From the NCBI GenBank assembly GCA_021789225.1, contig JAJYJQ010000004.1, forward strand, positions 1 to 44,160: a stretch of DNA of 44,160 nucleotides, given 5' to 3'. The notes under the pieces were generated by a model, which saw only the letters and a program-made list of their open reading frames with translations, did no database searches and was not told where the DNA came from. Positions 18,737 through 25,749 of the stretch are shown here, in pieces; position 1 is the stretch's first letter, and the number at the start of each line of letters is the position of its first letter. The position numbers and the translations under genes were made by a program. Source of the stretch: a bacterium. GTDB lineage: Bacteria; Patescibacteriota; Minisyncoccia; Phycocordibacterales; Phycocordibacteraceae.

Positions 18737-19072
18737 ATGCAAGAAAACAAGAAGAAGCTCTTTGTCGGCGGTATCCCGTGGGCCTCGACAGAAGAGGACG
18801 TCCGCAAGGCGTTCGAGGAGGCTGGCACCGTCGTTTCGGTGAGCCTTCCGATCGACCGCATGTACAACCGCCCGCGCGGTTTCGGTTTCGTCGAAATGGC
18901 GACCGAGGCAGAAGCGCAGGCAGCAGTCGAGCGCTGGGACGGAAAGGATTTCGGCGGTCGCACCCTTAAGGTGGACTTCGCTCGCCCGGAGAGCGAGCGC
19001 CCGCCTCGCGAGAATCGCGGTGGTGGTCGCGGCGGCTTCGGCGGCGATCGTGGCGGCTACGGCAGCTACTAA
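18737..19072 (+). CDS. RRM RNA-binding protein with Gly-rich tail
   Basis: RNP2 LFVGGI, RNP1 RGFGFVEM, RGG-rich C-terminus. Confidence 0.95.
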   Translation: MQENKKKLFVGGIPWASTEEDVRKAFEEAGTVVSVSLPIDRMYNRPRGFGFVEMATEAEAQAAVERWDGKDFGGRTLKVDFARPESERPPRENRGGGRGGFGGDRGGYGSY

Positions 19073-19075
19073 TCT

Positions 19076-19121
19076 CCCCAAAAGAAAAAGACCCTCACCC
19101 GAGGGTCTTTTTCTTTTGGGG
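19076..19121. terminator. Bidirectional terminator between convergent genes
   Basis: CCCCAAAAGAAAAAGACCCTC-accc-GAGGGTCTTTTTCTTTTGGGG, 21-bp stem. Confidence 0.85.
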
Positions 19122-19125
19122 ATGG

Positions 19126-19584
19126 TTACGCAAGGTGCGGATGGTGAAGCGGCTGCTCCCTATCGTGTTCCGGCGTCTGCGCCTGTGCACCACCGAGGCG
19201 CTGCTCAAGACGCACGAGGAGCGAGCCGATTGACGCAAGCGCCAGGATGAGGATGACGAACCACGCATAGGATGTCGCGAAGTACGCGAGCACGATGACG
19301 AGCGCCGCCCAGAGAGTCGCTGTGCGTCGGCTCTGAGCCATCATGCCGAGCGTTGAGCGGAGCGAATACGGCTCGGCGTTCTGAGTCCATGCCCGCGCAC
19401 GAGCAGACACGCTGTCGCGCATGCACAGCCGCGCTAGCTGATGTGTCGCGAAGGCCATGAGCACGAAGTCACCGAGCGGCACCCACGTCGCGAGCGCGTG
19501 TGCATCAGCGAGAAGCGTGATGCCCGCGAGCAAGGCGGACACGTACAGAAGGCCGAAGAAAAATCCCCAAAAATGAAAACGCAT
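19126..19584 (-). CDS. DUF1360-like membrane protein
   Basis: D..L..FAT..L.RL...D.V....R pattern then TM helices; start at ATG 19584 after TACACT. Confidence 0.55.
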   Translation of the reverse strand: MRFHFWGFFFGLLYVSALLAGITLLADAHALATWVPLGDFVLMAFATHQLARLCMRDSVSARARAWTQNAEPYSLRSTLGMMAQSRRTATLWAALVIVLAYFATSYAWFVILILALASIGSLLVRLEQRLGGAQAQTPEHDREQPLHHPHLA

Positions 19585-19629
19585 ATAGCGGTAGTGTACG
19601 GCGCCGCCGGGAAATGGCAAGATACGCGC

Positions 19630-20385
19630 ATGAATCTTCCCGAAGGAGTGTCCGCACAAGATGCAGCCTGGCTTTTGCGCGACAAATACGAGGGCGTGGA
19701 GAGCGAGGTGTATGAACAAGACCTGCAGCGGCTCGCCGCAGGCGAGCCGCTGCCCTACGTCATCGGCTGGGTTCCCTTCCTCGGCCTCGCCATCTCGCTC
19801 GCTTCGCACCCCCTCATCCCGCGTGCCGAAACCGAGTGGTGGGTGGAGCGACTAATCGAGGAGCTTCGCGCGCGCTATGGCGACAAGCCCTTCACCTTTC
19901 TCGACCTATGCGCCGGCTCAGGCGCCATCGGCTGTGCCATCCTCGCCGCACTCCCGAACGCCCGCGTCTCCTTCGGCGAACTCGACCCTGCGCACGCCCC
20001 CACCATCCGCGCCAATGTGGGACGTGCAACGTCCCACATTAAGCGGGCAGACATTCGCATTGGCGATCTGTTTGAGCCTTTTGCCGGCGAGCGATTCGAC
20101 TGCATCGCGGCGAACCCTCCCTACATTCCTGAAGCTCGCATGCTCCCGCGCGAAGTCGCTGCATATGAGCCGCGCGAAGCGCTGTACGCCGGCGCCGATG
20201 GCCTCGCCGTCATGCGCCGCATCGCCGAAGGACTACCCTCACATCTCGCGCGGGCCGGCTGCGCATGGATAGAGGTAGACGCGATCCACGCATCCGCAGC
20301 GCAGGAGCTTTTCGCGCGGGCCGGTTTCGCAGCCGACATACGCACCGACCAGTATGGACGGCCGCGCCTCATCGTGGCAAACTAG
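19630..20385 (+). CDS. prmC: Release factor glutamine methyltransferase (HemK/PrmC)
   Basis: GEPLPYVIG, LIPRAETE, LDLCAGSGAIG, NPPY, EP..AL..G.DGL, DQYG..R. Confidence 0.92.
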   Translation: MNLPEGVSAQDAAWLLRDKYEGVESEVYEQDLQRLAAGEPLPYVIGWVPFLGLAISLASHPLIPRAETEWWVERLIEELRARYGDKPFTFLDLCAGSGAIGCAILAALPNARVSFGELDPAHAPTIRANVGRATSHIKRADIRIGDLFEPFAGERFDCIAANPPYIPEARMLPREVAAYEPREALYAGADGLAVMRRIAEGLPSHLARAGCAWIEVDAIHASAAQELFARAGFAADIRTDQYGRPRLIVAN

Positions 20386-20389
20386 CGAC

Positions 20390-20647
20390 ATGCAAGGAAC
20401 GCCGATCGGAATCACCCCCTCGCTCGCCCCCATCGCCGGCTCCCTCTCGGGCATCCACCTCGGCAGCATCGTGAGCTGGTTTTTCTTCGGCCTCGTGTTT
20501 CTCATCTGGGCACTTTCTACCCTTGCGGCCATCTATCACTGGCTGCGGTATAGCTATCGCTCATTCATGACCCTTCCCATGCTCATTTTGCACGCCTTCG
20601 TATCGTACTCGCTGCTGATGTACACGTGGAGCAGCATGGCAGGATAA
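20390..20647 (+). CDS. Small membrane protein (85 aa)
   Basis: Tightly packed between prmC and the next gene; two hydrophobic helices, YHW.RY motif. Confidence 0.65.
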   Translation: MQGTPIGITPSLAPIAGSLSGIHLGSIVSWFFFGLVFLIWALSTLAAIYHWLRYSYRSFMTLPMLILHAFVSYSLLMYTWSSMAG

Positions 20648-20651
20648 CCCT

Positions 20652-21209
20652 ATGGAAGAATTTTCACTTGAGTCAGGAGAACGTGTGGTGCGAATCGTGC
20701 GCCGGCACTGGATTGCGCTTCTTAGCTCTCTCATCCCGGTCGCCATACTCGCGATCGCGCCGCTCCTCGTCATGCCACTCCTCCAGGCCGCATCTTCCCT
20801 GAGCCCGGCGCTCGCGCCGCTCGCTACGAACAGCGCGATGCTCTCGTTCTTTTCGTGGTCGCACTTCACGCTCGGCCTGTGGTGGCTTTTTCTCTGGATC
20901 GGCGCGTTCAACGCGATCACGCGCTACTTCCTCAACGTCTGGATTCTCACGACCAAGCGCATTGTCGAGATACGCCAGCCGCGCTATTTCAACCGCAAAG
21001 TATCCAGCTTCTTCCTGAACCGCATCCAGGATGTTACTTCGAACGTGAGCGGCATATTCGGCACCGTATTCGGTTTCGGTTCCATCCACGTCGAGACCGC
21101 CGGCGAAACCGAGGCGTTCGAGATGCATAACATTTACGACCCGACCGGATTCCGCGACATCATCCTGCACGAGATGACCGTGACGACTGCGCCGCGCGAA
21201 GCCCAGTAG
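20652..21209 (+). CDS. Membrane protein with bacterial PH domain
   Basis: RRHW, two TM helices, ILTTKRIV...F.R......RIQDV...G....FGFG.I.VETAG. Confidence 0.8.
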   Translation: MEEFSLESGERVVRIVRRHWIALLSSLIPVAILAIAPLLVMPLLQAASSLSPALAPLATNSAMLSFFSWSHFTLGLWWLFLWIGAFNAITRYFLNVWILTTKRIVEIRQPRYFNRKVSSFFLNRIQDVTSNVSGIFGTVFGFGSIHVETAGETEAFEMHNIYDPTGFRDIILHEMTVTTAPREAQ

Positions 21210-21215
21210 GCGCAG

Positions 21216-21249
21216 AAAAGCGCGGCGGCCTTCGGCCGCCGCGCTTTTT
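21216..21249 (+). terminator. GC-rich hairpin terminator directly upstream of the hisS -10 box
   Basis: AAAAGCGCGGCGGCC-ttc-GGCCGCCGCGCTTTTT. Confidence 0.7.
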
Positions 21250-21265
21250 CTGTTATAGTTGCCTT

Positions 21266-22534
21266 ATGAACGATTCAGAAAAGCTTTCGACCGAGCCCTA
21301 TAAGGGCACGCGCGATTTCTACCCTGCCGACTGGGCAAAGCTCCAGGCGATGTTCGACCGCATCCGGCAGACGCTCGCCTCCTGGGGCTACGAAGAATAC
21401 AACGCCTCGCCGCTCGAACGCGCCGAGCTCTACGAAAGCAAGACCTCGGAAGAGATTGTCAACGAACAGACCTACACCTTTACCGACCGTGGCGACCGCC
21501 GCGTCACCCTGCGCCCTGAGATGACGCCGACCCTAGCACGCATGGTCGCTGCCAAGCGACGCGAGCTCCCCTTCCCGGTGCGCTGGTTTTCCATCGGCAA
21601 CCGCTTCCGCTACGAGCGGCCGCAGCGTGGGCGCCTGCGCGAGTTTTATCAGACCGATGTCGACCTCCTCGGCGCCGCAGGCCCAGAAGCAGATATCGAG
21701 ATCATCACGCTCGTCGCGACGATACTGAGCGCATTCGACGCAAAAGAAAGCGACTTCACCATCCGCGTCAATTCGCGCACACTCCTCAACGCCGCCTGCG
21801 CTGCCGCCGGACTTTCCGGCGAGCAAGTACGCGCCTACACACACCTCCTCGACCGCAAAGCAAAGATGCCCGCTGAGGAATTTGCCGCGGCAGTGCGCGA
21901 AATCACCGAGCGCGACCCGCTCGCGCTCATCGAGCAAGGCGGCGATCCGGGAGTCGAGCACGAGAAGCGCGCTCTCTTCGACACCATCGAGGCGCTCAAC
22001 ACGCGCGGCGTGACAAACGCCCGCTTCGACCCCACCATCACGCGCGGATTCGATTACTACACTGGCATCGTCTTCGAAGTGTACGACACGAACCCGGCAA
22101 ATACGCGCGCGCTTTTTGGCGGTGGTCGCTACGACCAGCTCGTCGCACTCTTTGGCGGCGACCCCATCCCTGCGGTGGGCTTTGGCATGGGCGATGTCAC
22201 ACTTGCTGACTTCCTCGAGACACATCAGCTCACCCTCCCCACCAATACAAAACCGCAGCTCTACATCGGCACGCCTGCTGCAAGCGACATTCCCGGCGCA
22301 CAAGCGTTTGCCCAGTGGCTCCGCGCCCAGGGCGCGCGCGTGTTTGTAAACCTCACCGAGAAATCGCTTGGCGACCAGGTGAAAGATGCCGTGCGCCGTG
22401 GCATCCCGCTTTTCATCGCCTATGGCCAAAACGAAGTGCGCCAGGACCTCGTGCGCCTGAAAGTGCTCGCCACCGGCGAGGAAATCGGCATGGCCGCGAG
22501 CGATGTGCCGCCATACATTCGCGCAGAGAGGTAG
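21266..22534 (+). CDS. hisS: Histidine--tRNA ligase
   Basis: KGTRDFYP, LRPEMTP, FRYERPQRGRLREFYQ, RGFDYYTG, GGGRYD, AVGFGMG. Confidence 0.97.
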   Translation: MNDSEKLSTEPYKGTRDFYPADWAKLQAMFDRIRQTLASWGYEEYNASPLERAELYESKTSEEIVNEQTYTFTDRGDRRVTLRPEMTPTLARMVAAKRRELPFPVRWFSIGNRFRYERPQRGRLREFYQTDVDLLGAAGPEADIEIITLVATILSAFDAKESDFTIRVNSRTLLNAACAAAGLSGEQVRAYTHLLDRKAKMPAEEFAAAVREITERDPLALIEQGGDPGVEHEKRALFDTIEALNTRGVTNARFDPTITRGFDYYTGIVFEVYDTNPANTRALFGGGRYDQLVALFGGDPIPAVGFGMGDVTLADFLETHQLTLPTNTKPQLYIGTPAASDIPGAQAFAQWLRAQGARVFVNLTEKSLGDQVKDAVRRGIPLFIAYGQNEVRQDLVRLKVLATGEEIGMAASDVPPYIRAER

Positions 22535-22535
22535 T

Positions 22536-23117
22536 ATGCGGGCCATCACCTTCGATATCGAGACGAAAAACACGTCCGCGGTGCGCGGCCGTGTGGACCC
22601 CGCCGAGATGGAGCTCACCGTCGTCGCCATCCACGACTCCGAGACCGACGAGTATTCTTCCTATTTTAAAGAAGAGCTCCCGAGGCTCTGGCCCATCATC
22701 GAGCGGGCTGATGTGCTCATCGGCTTCAACTCCGACACCTTCGACATCCCCATCCTGAACCGCTACTACCCTGGCGACCTCTCGAAGATCCGCTCGCTCG
22801 ATCTCCTGGTCGAAGTGCAGAAAGCGCTCGGGCGACGCATCCGCCTCCAGCTCCTCGCCGAAGCGACACTCGGCCGCGGCAAGGCCGGCAGTGGCCTCAA
22901 GGCCGTCGACTGGTGGGCTGAGGGCAAGTACGAAGAGGTGCGCAAGTACTGCATCGAAGACGTGCGCATCACGCGCGACCTCTACGACTACGCGCTCAAA
23001 AACGGCAAGCTCAAATACAAAGACCTCAAAGACATCCGCGACATCAAGCTCGACACGAGTAACTGGAATGTAAAAATCGGCGAGGCGCCGGCCATGACGC
23101 ACACGCTGGGGCTGTAA
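22536..23117 (+). CDS. RNase H-like (DEDD/YprB-type) nuclease domain protein
   Basis: FDIET, GFN...FDIP.L, DLL, L..LA..TLG, YC..DV..T..LY. Confidence 0.8.
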   Translation: MRAITFDIETKNTSAVRGRVDPAEMELTVVAIHDSETDEYSSYFKEELPRLWPIIERADVLIGFNSDTFDIPILNRYYPGDLSKIRSLDLLVEVQKALGRRIRLQLLAEATLGRGKAGSGLKAVDWWAEGKYEEVRKYCIEDVRITRDLYDYALKNGKLKYKDLKDIRDIKLDTSNWNVKIGEAPAMTHTLGL

Positions 23118-23125
23118 CTCCGAGA

Positions 23126-23210
23126 GCCGTCGCCGGCATGTCGAGAAAAAGTGAGTAAGACTCGGCCTAGCGGCCCGGAGCGCTCACTTTTTTCGACATG
23201 CCGGTGCGGC
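23126..23210 (+). repeat. Palindromic element (family B) downstream of the nuclease gene
   Basis: CCGGCATGTCGA...AAAAAGTGAG / CTCACTTTTT...TCGACATGCCGG; reverse-complement homolog at 36964-37036. Confidence 0.8.
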
Positions 23211-23252
23211 GACTAAACAGACCGGACGCGGTCCACGTGCTATCATCCTCCT

Positions 23253-23936
23253 ATGAAGACGAGCACGGTCATCCCCATCGCGATCCTGATCGGCGGCGCC
23301 ATCGTCGCGGCTGCCGTCTACTTTACAACCTCAGCGCGCCTCTCACCCGGAAAATACGGCAAAGATAATCCCGCCGCCATGCGCCCAGTCAGCTCGGAAG
23401 ACCACATCCTCGGCAACCCTGGCGCGCCAGTGAAGGTGGTCGAGTATTCCGACTTCGATTGCGAGTATTGCAGCGAGTTCCAGCAGACGATGCATCGCGC
23501 GCTCGACTCGTACGGCCCCGCTGGAAACGTGGCGTGGATCTTCCGCGAGTTCCCGCTCACCGAGCTGCACCCCGACGCGTTTAAGACAGCCGTCGCTGCC
23601 GAGTGCGTCGCGAAGACCGCCGGCGAGGATGCGTTCTGGAAATTCACCGACCTGCTCTACGCGCACCAGCCGGTCGCGCCCTCCTCATTCGGCGAATACG
23701 CGCGCCAGGCAGGCGCCGACCCGAGCGCTGTCGCCTCCTGCATCGTCGACGGCTCCATGGACGCACGCGTCACTGCCGACCGAGAGAACGCGCTCGAGAT
23801 GAACGCACCCGGCACGCCCTACGCCATCATCGTCGCCGACGGCGCCGCGCCAGTCGTCATAAGCAGCTCCTACCCCTACAACTACATCAAACAGCAAATC
23901 GACACCGCCCTCTCCATCGCCGGCAAGCGCCCTTGA
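23253..23936 (+). CDS. DsbA/thioredoxin-fold protein with N-terminal membrane anchor
   Basis: DH..GNP.A.V.VVEYSDFDCEYC, FPL..LHP, GTP. Confidence 0.88.
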   Translation: MKTSTVIPIAILIGGAIVAAAVYFTTSARLSPGKYGKDNPAAMRPVSSEDHILGNPGAPVKVVEYSDFDCEYCSEFQQTMHRALDSYGPAGNVAWIFREFPLTELHPDAFKTAVAAECVAKTAGEDAFWKFTDLLYAHQPVAPSSFGEYARQAGADPSAVASCIVDGSMDARVTADRENALEMNAPGTPYAIIVADGAAPVVISSSYPYNYIKQQIDTALSIAGKRP

Positions 23937-24053
23937 CAAATTATGTGCATCATGTAAATATAAGAACAGCTAAAAAGTTCTTTGACTACCTACTTGTTGG
24001 TGGCCAAGGATTTCCCTTGTAATCAAGCCTGAAAGGGCGAAAAGGAGGATTCC
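23933..24053 (+). promoter_or_regulatory. Promoter and leader, homologous to 25370..25552
   Basis: TTGACAAAT...TCATGTA...AAGTTCTTTGA-CTACCTAC...AATCAA-hairpin-AAGGAGG. Confidence 0.6.
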
Positions 24054-24464
24054 ATGAAGAAACTGTACGTCGAGGTAATCGGATCCCGATACGCTTTCGG
24101 CCTGACTGAGATGCAGAAAAGCATTTCTCAACACATGGAGGAGAAAGGATATCGATTGGTTGCTACTCTTGAGGAAACGGACCTTGGCCTGTTCGTGCTA
24201 CCCATGCGGTCCCAATCGCATTCTTTTGAATGGCTTCGGCACATTGAAGGCGAGAAGTGCTTGATCGGAATCTACGGCAGCCCCCTCGAGATTGAAGACA
24301 CGTTTGGATACGATTCATACAAAAAAGGTAGGCGGGCAGCAGCCTGTTTTGGCGGTCCCCAGGTGTTGGTAGAGGACATTATAATCTACACGGGCGACTG
24401 GTTTGAGAGAGCTGTCGCAAAATGTGCTCACCAAATCTTCAAGAACTTGAATCCACACGTGTAG
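24054..24464 (+). CDS. Hypothetical protein (136 aa, lower GC)
   Basis: AAGGAGG SD, own promoter, downstream hairpin and T-run. Confidence 0.7.
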   Translation: MKKLYVEVIGSRYAFGLTEMQKSISQHMEEKGYRLVATLEETDLGLFVLPMRSQSHSFEWLRHIEGEKCLIGIYGSPLEIEDTFGYDSYKKGRRAAACFGGPQVLVEDIIIYTGDWFERAVAKCAHQIFKNLNPHV

Positions 24465-24540
24465 GCAGTCCGGTTTAACCCAATCCCCCGCGTCTGGATG
24501 GCGTGGGGTTGTTTGTTTTTGCGCGTCGGCATCTTCGGCT

Positions 24541-24587
24541 TCGCCGAGCGCTGCGCCTTGCTCCGCCTCCCCCACCGGCACAAGCAC
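24541..24587 (-). pseudogene. Relic copy of the 3' end of the UvrD-nuclease gene
   Basis: 24559-24587 matches 25862-25890 at 28/29 nt (41/47 over the extended region); translates VLVPVGEAEQGAAL vs VLVPVGEAEQEAAL. Confidence 0.75.
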
Positions 24588-24779
24588 CTTCGGAAATATG
24601 TCTGATCATCTCGGCGACATGAAATCCGCGTGAAAAGGTTTTTGTACGAAAATGGCGTTTATGCTACAGTGTATTTATCCACAGTCACGGAGAATGTGTT
24701 CTTTGTCATCGTTATAATAGAGGGAGGTTGCGAATTCTTGTGGGGCTGAAAAGCAGAAATTCGGCTCTACTGCAGGTCG

Positions 24780-25274
24780 CTAGTAGACTGGCTTGCCAGC
24801 ATCCAATGCGACACGATGGGAGGTGGTGCCGTCTCCCCAGCTCCACAAGAGCACGCAACCTTTCCCACTCGCGAGATACCGTTCGCGCTTCTCAAAGACA
24901 GTGACGATTTCCACCTCCTTCTCGGAAACGATTTCAACGATGCAAATATACTCCTGCTCCTTGAGTGGACCGACCAAACAAAATCCGCCGCGCTTGCTTC
25001 CCGGCTTGTTGCGATACACCTGCGCCGGTCTTTTTACGAGGGCATGAAGCGTATCCAAAATGAGCTGGTACTCCGCAGCAGTTCTCTGCTCGTATACGTG
25101 CTTGAGTGCACGCGTGGTGATATACGCCGACCCAGCTCCAGATAGACCCAACACTTTCGAGACAGCGCGCGTGAGCGTACATACCTTGTCCCGACCGGTA
25201 CCGACAATTTCTCCTTTGTAGGTCCCCTGAATATACGCTTCGTGCATTTCGTGAAGCACTCTTCGTTGCGGCAT
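24780..25274 (-). CDS. Hypothetical protein, possible BECR/RelE-fold ribonuclease-like
   Basis: Start at ATG 25274 seven nt after TATAAT; LKHVYEQR helix, P..VY.N, and final strand EIVTVF resemble PBECR proteins (pattern only). Confidence 0.6.
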   Translation of the reverse strand: MPQRRVLHEMHEAYIQGTYKGEIVGTGRDKVCTLTRAVSKVLGLSGAGSAYITTRALKHVYEQRTAAEYQLILDTLHALVKRPAQVYRNKPGSKRGGFCLVGPLKEQEYICIVEIVSEKEVEIVTVFEKRERYLASGKGCVLLWSWGDGTTSHRVALDAGKPVY

Positions 25275-25317
25275 GATTCTCATTATACCGCTATGCTCAT
25301 GGCGGGTTTCACCTTAA

Positions 25318-25352
25318 AAGTCGCGTGCGGCGCTTCGCGCCGCACGCGACTT
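25318..25352. repeat. GC-rich 16-bp hairpin
   Basis: AAGTCGCGTGCGGCGC-ttc-GCGCCGCACGCGACTT. Confidence 0.75.
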
Positions 25353-25369
25353 CCTACCCCGCCTAATGC

Positions 25370-25552
25370 TTGACAAATATCAGACCTCATGTATCATATT
25401 GGGCAGGATAGAAGTTCTTTGAGACTACCTACCTGCGAACTGTGGTCATAGCCAAAAGCGGCTTATTTCTAGGCCTTTCTTGGCTATGACCACGGGGAGT
25501 CGTGGCTTCATCTAGGAAATCAAAAGCCCGTTACGGGTGAAGGAGGTGTCTC
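25370..25552 (+). promoter_or_regulatory. Promoter and structured leader, homologous to 23933..24053
   Basis: TTGACA-16 nt-TATCAT, AAGTTCTTTGAgaCTACCTAC, 14-bp stem 25442-25493, AATCAA-hairpin-AAGGAGG. Confidence 0.6.
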
Positions 25553-25678
25553 ATGGACGGGTCTTCGCTTGCTATTGTGTCAGGAGTGCTCGGTGGCATC
25601 TTCGGGTCTGCGTGCCTGAGACTACTCCGGGCGATTGGCCGTCGCCCCAACAAGCAAACACCCAAGAGCACGAAGTAG
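25553..25678 (+). CDS. 41-aa single-TM small protein (not in the ORF track)
   Basis: AAGGAGGT SD; MDGSSLAIVSGVLGGIFGSACLRLLRAIGRRPNKQTPKSTK; followed by terminator hairpins. Confidence 0.6.
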   Translation: MDGSSLAIVSGVLGGIFGSACLRLLRAIGRRPNKQTPKSTK

Positions 25679-25707
25679 CGGTTTTTTCCTTCGAGGAAGG
25701 AAAAACG

Positions 25708-25734
25708 AGGTCTCGCATCGCTGCGAGACCTTTT
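25708..25734. terminator. Terminator between the small gene and the UvrD gene
   Basis: AGGTCTCGCA-tcgc-TGCGAGACCTTTT. Confidence 0.65.
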
Positions 25735-25749
25735 CATTTATGCAGGAGA

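Noticed and set aside
24315-24587. 90-aa ORF on the minus strand
   Set aside because: Only the first ~14 residues resemble the UvrD tail; the rest overlaps a terminator and the antisense of 24054..24464. Treated as a relic.
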